From positions 42,364-106,363 of the forward strand of contig JAYWGM010000032.1 in assembly GCA_043778225.1 (NCBI GenBank): a DNA stretch of 64,000 nt. The letters run 5' to 3'. This document shows, one piece after another, positions 1-9,360 of this stretch; positions within the stretch are counted from its first letter, which is position 1; every line of letters starts with the position of its first letter. The notes beneath the pieces are model-generated. The model was not told where the DNA came from. It did no database searches and saw only the letters and a list, made by a program, of their open reading frames with translations. This DNA comes from Deinococcales bacterium (GTDB lineage Bacteria > Deinococcota > Deinococci > Deinococcales > JAAFIG01). The translations under genes were made by a program, and so were the position numbers.

Positions 1-348
1 TTTAAGCAAGATGAAAGCCGCCATATTGCGTATGGGGTGCATCTGCTGAGTCGTTTGGTTGCCGAACATGGCGACCCCGTGTGGGAAGTGATTGAAGCCG
101 AAATGCAAACCCTGATTATGCCTGCAATTGGTGTGATTAACGAAGTTTTTGATACTTACCAAGAAATGCCATTTGGTTTAGAAGCCGAAGATTTTATTGC
201 TTATGCTTTTGGGCAGTTTCAACGCCGACTCGAGCGAATCGAACGTGCCAGAGGTTTGAGTCTCGAGGAAGTCGTAGGCAAAGAAAGTCATGACCTCGAG
301 CAAGCCGAAGTGACTTCTCCACTCGAGCAAGCCGAAGTAGCGGACTAA
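1..348 (+). CDS. R2-like ligand-binding oxidase / ferritin-like di-metal protein, 5'-truncated by the window edge
   Basis: Frame is open from base 1 (FKQDESRHIAYGVHLL). DExRH is the second metal-binding helix of the R2/R2lox family. Confidence 0.75.
   Translation, partial: FKQDESRHIAYGVHLLSRLVAEHGDPVWEVIEAEMQTLIMPAIGVINEVFDTYQEMPFGLEAEDFIAYAFGQFQRRLERIERARGLSLEEVVGKESHDLEQAEVTSPLEQAEVAD
295..338 (+). repeat. 17-bp direct repeat CTCGAGCAAGCCGAAGT, 27-bp period
   Basis: Copies at 295-311 and 322-338 encode LEQAEV twice at the protein C-terminus. Confidence 0.85.
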
Positions 349-351
349 AGT

Positions 352-762
352 ATGGCAAAAGACCTTTTCCATCAGATTGTTCGTCATGCACTCGAAAAAG
401 ATGGATGGAAAATCACCAAAGACCCGTTTGCTTTTAGGTATGGTGAAACCAGCTTTGAAATTGATTTGGGTGCAGAACGTTTAATTGCAGCAGAGCGAGA
501 AAATATGCTCATCGCTGTTGAAATCAAAAGTTTTATCCAGCCTTCAACCTCGAATGAATTCCATGCAGCCCTTGGACAATACCTTGCCTATCATTATGCA
601 CTTGGACAGTTTGAACCTGAGCGCCTTCTTTATTTGGCTGTACCAAAAGATACCTACCAAAGTTTTTTCCAGCGCCAATTTGCTCGAGAAATCGTGGCAC
701 TCCACAAATTAAGAATCCTCGTTTACAATCAACAAACAGAGGTGATAGAAACATGGTACTGA
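352..762 (+). CDS. xisH: XisH family protein (PD-(D/E)xK fold)
   Basis: MAKDLFHQIVRHALEKDGWKITKDP...IDLGAERLIAAER...IAVEIKSF...ALGQY, followed by xisI. Confidence 0.92.
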   Translation: MAKDLFHQIVRHALEKDGWKITKDPFAFRYGETSFEIDLGAERLIAAERENMLIAVEIKSFIQPSTSNEFHAALGQYLAYHYALGQFEPERLLYLAVPKDTYQSFFQRQFAREIVALHKLRILVYNQQTEVIETWY

Positions 763-1103
763 AACAATACAAGCAAGCCATTCATCATGTCTTTGAGACA
801 TTAAAATCCCATCATGCACTCATGCCAACTGGGATTGAACGCCAGTTTATTCTTGACGATGAAAACGGGCATTATCAAATTCTTGATGTTGGCTGGGAAT
901 CCCAAAAATTCATTCATGACATTATGGTACATATTGACATCAAACAAGATTTTATTTGGCTACAAGCTGATAATACCGATTATGGTATTGCCGAAGCCTT
1001 ACTCGAGCAAGGCATACCAAAAAATCGAATTGTGCTTGGTTTTCATGCCCCATTCAAACGAAAATTTACGGGATTTGCCACAGGACAAGAGCTACCTGCT
1101 TAA
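753..1103 (+). CDS. xisI: XisI family protein
   Basis: DDENGHYQILDVGW...HIDIKQDFIWLQADNTDYGIAEALLEQGIPKNRIVLGFH; overlaps xisH. Confidence 0.92.
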   Translation: MVLKQYKQAIHHVFETLKSHHALMPTGIERQFILDDENGHYQILDVGWESQKFIHDIMVHIDIKQDFIWLQADNTDYGIAEALLEQGIPKNRIVLGFHAPFKRKFTGFATGQELPA

Positions 1104-1109
1104 AATAAT

Positions 1110-3551
1110 TTACGTTGCCTCACGGCATAAATCTTGATACGAACACGTCCGACAATGAAACCCCACCACTGCCCGAACCACCCCAGACTCGAGGTCGTTT
1201 TTGGCTTTTTCAAGCACTGCCCGACTCTCGAGACGGCGCTTGAGGCTTTTTTCGCTGGCTGGATTCATAATGTTTTTATGTCTGCCCTCGGGGTCTACGG
1301 CACAAAAAGCAACCCGCAGACCATTTTCGATCGCTAGGTCGGCAAACCACCATTCGCGGTGGCGGTTGTTGTCGCGGTATGCCTCCCAAGCCTCTTCGAG
1401 GTTCTCTACCCGCCGATAAATCTCGAGCAATTTGGCTTTGCCATTTGGGTCGTTACGGCGAATCAGACCATCGAGGCGAAATTCAATGCCTTGGCTGGTG
1501 TACACAAAGGGCTGCATTTCTGGACTGGACTGGTTCTGCTCGAGGCTGGCTTCGAGCAGCCGCAAAAAAGTTGGGTCGAAACGCTCAAAATTGTTGGGCA
1601 GAGTTTCTTTTTGTGGCTGGTTGCGCCGCAGATTTTTTAAGACCAAACTCGGTACGAGGCTCGAACTCGAGTTTAGGGGTAATAAACGCCCAGCCCAAGC
1701 CCGCAAGCCGCAACGTGCCACACCCTCGAGTTCGGTAGCACTAAATGGCTCAGTACGGGCAGCTACCCGAAAAGTGCCACTCGAGACGACTTGGTTGGGC
1801 GTGGCTTTGGTGTGCGCCAATTCAAGCATTCCGGCGGTCTGGTTAAATTCGGCTTCGATGCTTAAACCCAGTCGTGCCAAACGCGGATGAGCCGCTAAAC
1901 TTGCGCCGCGCTCGGCTTTGGCAAAACTGATAATCAATTCCTCATTGGCTCGAGTCAGGGTATCGTACAAGGTACTGTCGGCTAAACCATTCATTCGCAG
2001 TGGCAATTGCTGGGTATGTTGACCAAGAAGCTGCTCGAGTTGTGTGCGGCTGTCTTCTGGCACAAAGAAATCCTCGTTCTCGAGGTTCTGGTATGCCCCT
2101 TGGGTCACACCAAGCACCATGACTTTCTGAAAACGTCTGCCACTGGCTTCGGCTGGGGTTAAAACCGCCACCCCACGCCCAGCCTCGGGGTGTGCCAGTG
2201 CCGAGGCTTGCAGCAGGGTTTGTAACCACTCGGTAAACTGTGTGCCCTCGCCCGAGAGTAATCTGGCGGCTTCTCGAGCCAAAACCCGCGCCGACTCGAG
2301 CCACGAAGCCGTCGGAATCAGCCGCTCCAGCAAAACTTCAAACCATGGCACAAAATCGCTTGCTGGTGGGGTCAGCCAAATTTTTAAGTCATCCAGAACT
2401 GCCCATGCAGTTTCTAATTCTGGGGTGAGTTGCCGATATGGGCTGCTGCCACCGTGCAAACCACGTTGCTCGAGGGTCTTGGCTAAAATTTCGAGTTCGG
2501 GAAAAACCAATGCCAAAACCCGTAATTCTGGAGCTGGAAAATCTCGCTTTGGGGCAACAAGGGCTGCCTCGAGAACCCGCCCAAAAGCAGTTTCGAGTAA
2601 GCCACCCAAGGATTCTGGCGCAAGTGGTACGTGGTATTCTCGCGCCAATGCCTCCAAGACCCGCGCCGAAACATGGCTTGGCACAAGCAACGCCAGACTC
2701 GAGGCATCAAATCCTTGTAGCAACCACGCTTTGACCTGACGCAAGGCGGCTCGAGCTTCTGAAACGGGGTTGGCACTGGCACGCAGCCGCACGGTTTTGG
2801 CTAAACCCGCCCATGGTTTACCCGAGGCTTCTAAGCGCTCTAGCTTTGCCCCCAAAACCGCCACAATCGCCCGCAGTTCGGATAAGCCAACAGGGTGCGC
2901 CCAGACTTCGTGGCTGGTGTCTGGAGCGCCACTCGGCAGGGTGATTAAGGATGAAATCGCTTGGCTCGAGAGAACCCGAATGGCGCTTAATTCTGAAGGG
3001 TTAAAGGTTCTGTAGCCATCCACCACAAAATGCGCCCCGAGTGTCAATGGACTATCCTCGAGCAACTGTGCTGCCCTGAGCCGCACATCGTCTAAATCTT
3101 GTAAATCTTCGGACTCAAGCAGTGCCTGATAATCGCGGTAGACCAGCGCTAAAGTATCCTGATAGCTTTCGCCAACCGTTTGTGGCACAAATAAAGCCCG
3201 TTTGCACTCGGCAATCGCTTGGGCATAGAGCCGTGCCTCGCCGGGTTGCACGCCGCGTCCCAAAACATTTTCGAGCGCTCGAGCCGTCAGGGCGACCCGT
3301 CCGGGGTTTAAGACCACACCTTTATTTGCACCCAGTCTGTCGAGCATTCGGTAGCATAAATTTTGCAAATTGGTAACTTCTACACCCAAACTCGAGCCAA
3401 GACTTGCCAGTCCCTCGAGCCAAAAAGAGCGCTGGCTGGGCAGGGTCAGGACAATCACCCGTTCAAAATCGAGTGCTTTAGCATAAGCAAAACGCTGCGC
3501 GGCGCGGGTTTTACCACTGCCCGAAGCCCCAACCAGCAAACGCACCGACAT
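1110..3551 (-). CDS. AddB/RexB-like protein (helicase-like N-terminus, C-terminal PD-(D/E)xK domain with Fe-S cysteines)
   Basis: N-terminal GASGSGKT, LVVDGY, EASGRRFQKVMVLG; C-terminal SATELE..RC and HCRTCSYQDLC. Confidence 0.7.
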   Translation of the reverse strand: MSVRLLVGASGSGKTRAAQRFAYAKALDFERVIVLTLPSQRSFWLEGLASLGSSLGVEVTNLQNLCYRMLDRLGANKGVVLNPGRVALTARALENVLGRGVQPGEARLYAQAIAECKRALFVPQTVGESYQDTLALVYRDYQALLESEDLQDLDDVRLRAAQLLEDSPLTLGAHFVVDGYRTFNPSELSAIRVLSSQAISSLITLPSGAPDTSHEVWAHPVGLSELRAIVAVLGAKLERLEASGKPWAGLAKTVRLRASANPVSEARAALRQVKAWLLQGFDASSLALLVPSHVSARVLEALAREYHVPLAPESLGGLLETAFGRVLEAALVAPKRDFPAPELRVLALVFPELEILAKTLEQRGLHGGSSPYRQLTPELETAWAVLDDLKIWLTPPASDFVPWFEVLLERLIPTASWLESARVLAREAARLLSGEGTQFTEWLQTLLQASALAHPEAGRGVAVLTPAEASGRRFQKVMVLGVTQGAYQNLENEDFFVPEDSRTQLEQLLGQHTQQLPLRMNGLADSTLYDTLTRANEELIISFAKAERGASLAAHPRLARLGLSIEAEFNQTAGMLELAHTKATPNQVVSSGTFRVAARTEPFSATELEGVARCGLRAWAGRLLPLNSSSSLVPSLVLKNLRRNQPQKETLPNNFERFDPTFLRLLEASLEQNQSSPEMQPFVYTSQGIEFRLDGLIRRNDPNGKAKLLEIYRRVENLEEAWEAYRDNNRHREWWFADLAIENGLRVAFCAVDPEGRHKNIMNPASEKSLKRRLESRAVLEKAKNDLESGVVRAVVGFHCRTCSYQDLCREAT

Positions 3552-3559
3552 TATACCTC

Positions 3560-5143
3560 TTAGCTCGTCCCCAAGAGTTCTCTGGCATGGGCGATGGCGG
3601 TGTTGGATTCCAAACCCGAAAGCATTCGGGCAAGTTCGCGCACCCTTGCGTCTTGGTCAAGGCGCTTAACTCGAGTTACGGTGCGCCCGTTTTCTTCAAA
3701 TTTTTCGACTTTATAATGGTGGCTGGCTCGAGCCGCAATTTGGGCTAAGTGGGTCACCACCAAGACCTGATGAGTTTGGGCAAGTTGTGCCAGTTGCTCG
3801 GCAACCGCCAGCGCGGCTTGTCCGCCAATACCCGCATCCACTTCATCAAAAATCACAGTTGGGGTATTTGCCCCCAGCACGGTCGAAAGCGCTAACATCA
3901 CACGGCTCAGTTCGCCGCCCGAGGCAATTTTACTTAAATCGCCAAGGTCTTCGCCACTGTTGGCGGTAAACCGAATCTCGATGCTCTCTGCGCCGTGTGT
4001 GCCGATTTCGATTGGCAACAGCAAAAACTCGAGTCTGGCTTTGGGCATTCCAAGGTTTTGAATCACTTGCTCGAGTTGTGGTGCAACCCGCAGGGCGGCG
4101 GCTTGTCGGGCAACTGTCAGGTTTTGGGCGTGAGTCAGCAGTTGGCTGTGTAACTCAGCCAACTGCTGCTCGAGGTCGGCAGCATCGGTGGTGGCACGTT
4201 CGAGTTCGCTGATTTCGGAGCGCAGTGTTTGGGCATACAAAAGCACATCGGCTAAGGTTGCGCCGTATTTATTTTTAAGTTTCTCGAGCAGCGCTAAACG
4301 GCTTTCGGTGTTGTCAAGGTTTTCGGGGTCAGAAGCGGTGCTGTCCACGACATCGCGCACCTCGCCAACAATCGCTTGAACACTCGATAAGGCTTCACGC
4401 AATTCAAGACTTAACTGGGCGGCTCGAGGCTCAAAACGCCCAGCGTTATTTAAGAACTTGACCGCATCGGCAAGCGCAGAAATAGCATTGACATCGGCTT
4501 CATCTAAAACCTCGAGCGCACTCGAGGCATCTTGGGTAATCCGTTCGGCATTTAAGAGCCGTTCGCGCTCGAGCCGCAGGGTGGCTTCTTCATCGGCGGT
4601 CAGGTTAGCTTCTTCGATTTCGCGCACTTGGTACAACAATAAATCCATACGTCGGGTGCGTTCGCGCTCTGAATTTTGTAGCCGCTCGAGTCGAGTTTTG
4701 GCACTGGCATACAAATTAAAAGACCATTTAAAGGTCTCGAGTATTGATTTATCCGCTAAGGCTGAATCTAAAAAATCACGGTGATACTTGGGGTCTAAAA
4801 GTGCTTGGGCAGCGTGTTGCCAATGCACCGTCACCATTTTGGCGGCTGCCTCTGCCAGTTCTTTGTTGCTGACCACTTCGCCATCCACTCGAGCCACACT
4901 GCGCCCACCGACCGAAACCCGCCGCGAGAGCATTACCCCATCCCAAAAACCAGTCACCACCAGACTTTCTGTACCTTGCCGCACCAATTCGGTATCGGCT
5001 CGAGCGCCAGTTAGAAGCCAAATGGCATCCACGATAATGCTTTTACCAGCCCCTGTTTCGCCGGTAAAAACATTAAAACCATTGTTCAACTCGAGTTCGA
5101 GTGAATCTATCAGGGCTAAGTTATGAACCTCGAGTCGCTGCAC
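3560..5143 (-). CDS. recN: DNA repair protein RecN
   Basis: FTGETGAGKS, coiled coil, ASGGELSRVMLAL, IFDEVDAGIGG, VTHLAQIAA. Leaderless TATACT-N6-GTG start. Confidence 0.97.
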   Translation of the reverse strand: MQRLEVHNLALIDSLELELNNGFNVFTGETGAGKSIIVDAIWLLTGARADTELVRQGTESLVVTGFWDGVMLSRRVSVGGRSVARVDGEVVSNKELAEAAAKMVTVHWQHAAQALLDPKYHRDFLDSALADKSILETFKWSFNLYASAKTRLERLQNSERERTRRMDLLLYQVREIEEANLTADEEATLRLERERLLNAERITQDASSALEVLDEADVNAISALADAVKFLNNAGRFEPRAAQLSLELREALSSVQAIVGEVRDVVDSTASDPENLDNTESRLALLEKLKNKYGATLADVLLYAQTLRSEISELERATTDAADLEQQLAELHSQLLTHAQNLTVARQAAALRVAPQLEQVIQNLGMPKARLEFLLLPIEIGTHGAESIEIRFTANSGEDLGDLSKIASGGELSRVMLALSTVLGANTPTVIFDEVDAGIGGQAALAVAEQLAQLAQTHQVLVVTHLAQIAARASHHYKVEKFEENGRTVTRVKRLDQDARVRELARMLSGLESNTAIAHARELLGTS

Positions 5144-5199
5144 CAGTCCAGTATACCAAGATAGGATTTGACTTATCTTGGCAACTCGACAAAAGTCAT

Positions 5200-5781
5200 C
5201 TATTTCAAAATCTGCACTGGATAGCCCGAAACGCCAACATCAAAATTGGTCAGGTTAATCGTGACGGTGGTGTTGCTGGTTGCCACAAAGCTGACTCGAG
5301 CGCCAATCTTAAATTGTCCAGACTTGATACGGTTAAAAGCGTTGGCGCAAAGGGTTGGACTGCTGGCGGTCAGACTTAAATCCACCTTAACTGGATTTGT
5401 GCCGTCCACAGTTAAATCGCCAACACAATTTGCGCCAGTCGGAACTTTGTTGTTCGGGTCATAAAGCGTAACATTGGTGGCGCTGCTTGGACCAACGTAT
5501 AACTCGAGTGTGCCATTGATTGCCCCAGCCACACTCGAGACAATGCCGGCATCTATTTTCAGGGCAATTCGGGTTAAGAAACTTAGGCTTGGCAGCGGCA
5601 CAGCCAAGCCATTTTCTGGAATCGGGATATTGATGGCTGGTCCAGCCGTGACATTTTGCGTGGTTGTGCGGTTGGCGGCTGGAATAAAACTATCGCCATC
5701 CACGTTAATGTTAATCAGGGTAGCAGTGCTGCAAGCGCTAAAAATGGTTGCTAAGGCTGCCACTAAAAATAATTTTTTCAT
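5200..5781 (-). CDS. Hypothetical lipoprotein
   Basis: Signal peptide ending FSAC (lipobox); RBS AGGAGAG. Confidence 0.7.
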   Translation of the reverse strand: MKKLFLVAALATIFSACSTATLININVDGDSFIPAANRTTTQNVTAGPAINIPIPENGLAVPLPSLSFLTRIALKIDAGIVSSVAGAINGTLELYVGPSSATNVTLYDPNNKVPTGANCVGDLTVDGTNPVKVDLSLTASSPTLCANAFNRIKSGQFKIGARVSFVATSNTTVTINLTNFDVGVSGYPVQILK

Positions 5782-5790
5782 ATCTCTCCT

Positions 5791-7209
5791 TTAGAAGCCA
5801 AAGCGCAAGGCTGCCGCAATGCCCCAAGATGTTCCGCCAATAAACGGAGTCGGATGAGCAGTCAAAGCAAGGTCTAAACCGATACCGGGTGCAAACTCGA
5901 GTCCAGCCCCAATCCCAAAGCGAAAACGCCCGCTCTCGAGTCCAATACCGCCACGAACCACAAACAGCACCCATTGGGCTTCTACCCCAAGGTGCAAATT
6001 GAGACTGCCGCGTCCAAGTTGAGCATCGAGCATCGCCAGCACCCGAAAACCTCCAGCCAAGCTGAATGTGCCAGCCAGATTGGCGGTAAAAAGTGGATTG
6101 AAATTAATGCCACCTCGAGTGGCGGCGGTCGGTGGCGTAACCGTGGTCACACCTGTCACACCATCATAGACCGTGCGAAATTCTGTGCCTGTCCAGGTGT
6201 TGGCTTCGACCAAACCAATAATCCCCAAACCAACTGTAAATTTCTCGAGTTCTGGCACACCAAGGCTTGCACCCGCTAAATCGATCACCACCCCAAAATC
6301 GCCAGCCACCCCGTAGCCCAAACCATTGCTAAAATCAGAACCAAGGCTGCTTGCCAAAGGACTCGAGACAAAATAGGTGTATTCATAACCGATTTTTGCG
6401 TCGGTTAAAGCAGGGGTTGAGCCTCGGGTGATGTTGATTAAAGCTCGACCATCGGCATAGGCAGCCCCGAAAAAACCACTGGCTCGAGCGCCAAGATAGA
6501 CTTTTGTGCTGTCAAAGGCAAGCGGTGTACTAAAGGCTAAGTCGAGCGAAACACCCGCCGCGCCTTGTCCACTGGCAACCACCGCATTTGCATAATCGGA
6601 ACTGAGGTTGCCGTCGGCAACATCGGCAATCAGGGCTTGGTCAATGCGTGGTGAACTGGGTGCAATGTTGGCAAAAACACCCATTTTAATCGAAACAGGT
6701 CCAATGCTAAAGGGTAGGCTTAAAAATGGGGTCACGCCACTGGTGGCGCTCGGTGTACCAAAAAGACTGCCAAGGCTCGAGAAATCAAGGCTGATGGGGC
6801 GGTTATTGGTGACATCAAATAAACTGATTCCACTGGCACTGAGGTTAATCGTCAGTTCGCCGGGTGGGGTTGGGGTATTCAAAATAAAGCTATTGAGGTG
6901 GGTGGCTTGGTCAAACGCCGCCAAGAAATTAAAGACTTTTTGTGGTGGGTTGCTGAGGTACGGCGAGCGGTTACTCAAAAAATCAAGCACATTCATCTGT
7001 GGATTCAGCACAAAATTGAGTAAACCCACAGGCAAGCTAAAACCGCCACCGCGTCCGTCGGCAGGGTAACTGAGGTAGGCTGGATTGTACGGCGATAACC
7101 CAGGACCCGGCACAAGTGCGCCGCCTAAACCCAATGAACGCACGTCCTGAGCCAGTGCCGCACCCGCCAAGGCGAAGACCAAACCAATTGCCGATAAAAC
7201 TCGTTTCAT
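5791..7209 (-). CDS. Hypothetical exported, probable outer-membrane beta-barrel protein
   Basis: GGAGG RBS before ATG 7209; signal peptide ending ALA; RSLGLGGA; amphipathic strands and C-terminal LRFGF. Confidence 0.6.
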   Translation of the reverse strand: MKRVLSAIGLVFALAGAALAQDVRSLGLGGALVPGPGLSPYNPAYLSYPADGRGGGFSLPVGLLNFVLNPQMNVLDFLSNRSPYLSNPPQKVFNFLAAFDQATHLNSFILNTPTPPGELTINLSASGISLFDVTNNRPISLDFSSLGSLFGTPSATSGVTPFLSLPFSIGPVSIKMGVFANIAPSSPRIDQALIADVADGNLSSDYANAVVASGQGAAGVSLDLAFSTPLAFDSTKVYLGARASGFFGAAYADGRALINITRGSTPALTDAKIGYEYTYFVSSPLASSLGSDFSNGLGYGVAGDFGVVIDLAGASLGVPELEKFTVGLGIIGLVEANTWTGTEFRTVYDGVTGVTTVTPPTAATRGGINFNPLFTANLAGTFSLAGGFRVLAMLDAQLGRGSLNLHLGVEAQWVLFVVRGGIGLESGRFRFGIGAGLEFAPGIGLDLALTAHPTPFIGGTSWGIAAALRFGF

Positions 7210-7245
7210 AAGACCTCCAAGTGCTTGCACTCTAAACCAATTGAT

Positions 7246-7965
7246 TTAGAGTGGTCGTTCTGCCTCGAGCAACACAATTGCCTCAAGCGCAGTTTGAATC
7301 ATGGTCGTTACACCCATTTTTAAGACCTCATCTGGCACTAAATTCTCATCGCCAATATAATTAGAGACCGCCACAATTGCGCCACTCTCGAGTCCACGCA
7401 GTCGCGCCACGGTAAAAACCGCACTGGATTCCATCTCGAGTCCAAGCACCCCACGGGTGTCGTATAAACCACGGGCTTCTTGGGGAGTGACCGCATAAAA
7501 AGCATCGTCGGAGGCAATTAAACCAACATGATGCCGCTTTGCCCCAGCCGCCACCTCGAGCGCCCTGACGACACGGTAATCAGCAATCGGTGCATGGTTA
7601 CCTTCGCCTAGGTATTGGCGTGTTGTGCCGTCTCGAGCCAGTGCTGCTTGGGCAATCACCAAATCAGCGGGTTTCAGGTTTGGGCTTGTGCCGCCACACG
7701 TCCCAATCCGAATCAGCAGTTTTGCACCAAGCATCGCCAGTTCTTCAACTGCAATGGCTGCACTCGGGCAACCCATCATCGTGGTTTGCACCGAAACCCG
7801 AATGCCTTTGTAATGACCAGTGTAGCCAAGCATTCCACGATGTTCGGTGTACAGCACGGCATCCTCGAGAAAATGTTCGGCAACAAACTTGGCTCGGTTG
7901 GGGTCGCCGGGCAAAAGCACATAGGGGGCTATATCGCTTGGGTTGGCTCGGATATGAATCGGCAT
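7246..7965 (-). CDS. deoD: Purine-nucleoside phosphorylase (DeoD-type, PNP_UDP_1)
   Basis: LLPGDPNRA, MGCPSAAI, RIGTCG, LEMESS. Confidence 0.9.
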   Translation of the reverse strand: MPIHIRANPSDIAPYVLLPGDPNRAKFVAEHFLEDAVLYTEHRGMLGYTGHYKGIRVSVQTTMMGCPSAAIAVEELAMLGAKLLIRIGTCGGTSPNLKPADLVIAQAALARDGTTRQYLGEGNHAPIADYRVVRALEVAAGAKRHHVGLIASDDAFYAVTPQEARGLYDTRGVLGLEMESSAVFTVARLRGLESGAIVAVSNYIGDENLVPDEVLKMGVTTMIQTALEAIVLLEAERPL

Positions 7966-8045
7966 AGACAGCAGTCTACCCGTAAATCGCTGACTTGAGG
8001 GCTGGAGCTTGTCACTTTTGCCAAAAAATCCCGTACACTAAGCCT

Positions 8046-9146
8046 ATGTTGAATTGGTTACTGGTGCTGGTCCCGATAGCGTTTATCCTCGAGTTTTTTG
8101 TTCACCCTGGGGATATGTGGATATTTATCGTCTCAGCCGCCGCAATTTTACCCTTGGCGGGCTTGATGGGCAAAGCCACCGAAGAACTGGCAGCCCGCAC
8201 TGGCGCAACCATTGGCGGCTTACTCAATGCCACCTTTGGCAATGCGACCGAGTTAATCATTGCCTTTTTTGCTTTGTCGGCTGGAAAATTTGATGTTGTG
8301 AAAGCCAGTATTACTGGCAGCATTATCGGCAATCTACTGTTGGTGCTTGGTCTAGCCCTCTTTTTAGGTGGCTTAAAATACCCCAAACAAACTTTTAACC
8401 GTGAAAGCGCTGGTACAGCCGCCAGTTTATTGGTCATCAGCGTGATTGCTTTTTTAGTCCCCGCCCTATTTGACATCACCGAAAAGCAATTTGGCATCTC
8501 GAGCGCCCAAGTGAAAATAGATGATGCTAACCTTGCGCTCGGTGTTTCTTTTGTGCTGCTGGCATTGTATGCCGCCAACATTATATTTACCTTAATCACC
8601 CACAAAGATATTCTATCCACTTCCGATGAAGCCGAAGCTGAGCATCATGTCACCCAATGGAGTGTGCCAGTCGCCCTTGGCGTGTTGCTGGGTAGCACCG
8701 TGTTGGTTGGCTTTATGTCCGAATTTTTGGTCGGCAGCATCGAAGGCTTTACCAAGACTTTTGGCTTGTCCGAATTTTTTGTCGGTCTCATTATTATTCC
8801 AATTGTTGGTAACGCTGCCGAACACGCCAGTGCGGTGGTTTTTGCGATGAAAAACCGTATGGGTTTAGCGATTACGATTGCTGTTGGCAGCACCATTCAA
8901 GTGGCATTGTTGGTTGCTCCAATTTTGGTTATTTTATCGTGGGTGATTGGCAAACCAATGGACTTGGTGCTGAACAACCCGCTCGAGATTGTGACTTTAA
9001 TTGGTGCGGTTTTAATCGGTAACAGTGTGACAAGGGACGGTGAAACCAACTGGCTCGAGGGATTTATGCTGCTTGGTGTCTATGTGATTCTAGCGCTGGC
9101 GTTTTTCTTTCTGCCTAATCCAACAGGTATTGCTGGGCATGGGTAA
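8046..9146 (+). CDS. Calcium/proton exchanger (CAX)
   Basis: GGLLNATFGNATE and PIVGNAAEH alpha repeats. Start placed by leaderless TACACT-N6-ATG. Confidence 0.93.
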   Translation: MLNWLLVLVPIAFILEFFVHPGDMWIFIVSAAAILPLAGLMGKATEELAARTGATIGGLLNATFGNATELIIAFFALSAGKFDVVKASITGSIIGNLLLVLGLALFLGGLKYPKQTFNRESAGTAASLLVISVIAFLVPALFDITEKQFGISSAQVKIDDANLALGVSFVLLALYAANIIFTLITHKDILSTSDEAEAEHHVTQWSVPVALGVLLGSTVLVGFMSEFLVGSIEGFTKTFGLSEFFVGLIIIPIVGNAAEHASAVVFAMKNRMGLAITIAVGSTIQVALLVAPILVILSWVIGKPMDLVLNNPLEIVTLIGAVLIGNSVTRDGETNWLEGFMLLGVYVILALAFFFLPNPTGIAGHG

Positions 9147-9202
9147 AACTTGCAATTCTTGAGTGACTGTGCGACAATCCCAAAGCTCGAGAGATTACTC
9201 GA

Positions 9203-9277
9203 GGGCGGTTAGCTCAGTGGTAGAGCATTCGCTTCACACGCGAAGGGTCGCTGGTTCAAATCCAGTATCGCCCACCA
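9203..9277 (+). tRNA. tRNA-Val (anticodon CAC), attL side of the integrated element
   Basis: GGGCGGT/ATCGCCC acceptor stem, TAGCTCAGTGGTAGAGC D-arm, TTCGC-TTCACAC-GCGAA anticodon arm, GGTTCAAATCC T-loop, encoded CCA. Confidence 0.97.
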
Positions 9278-9282
9278 TACAG

Positions 9283-9314
9283 ACGCATTACTTGTAAAAA
9301 TACGAGTAATGCGT
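9283..9314 (+). terminator. Hairpin after the tRNA (element-supplied terminator)
   Basis: ACGCATTACTTGTA-AAAA-TACGAGTAATGCGT, followed by TTGCTT. Confidence 0.65.
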
Positions 9315-9360
9315 TTGCTTATTATCCAAAGGTGAGCCTACTCACAATTGGCGGTTTCGC

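Noticed and set aside
7995..8045. ORF-track N-terminal extensions (7995, 11726, 13471, 29432, 42786, 52453, 54377, 58054)
   Set aside because: Downstream starts have better RBS or leaderless -10 support.
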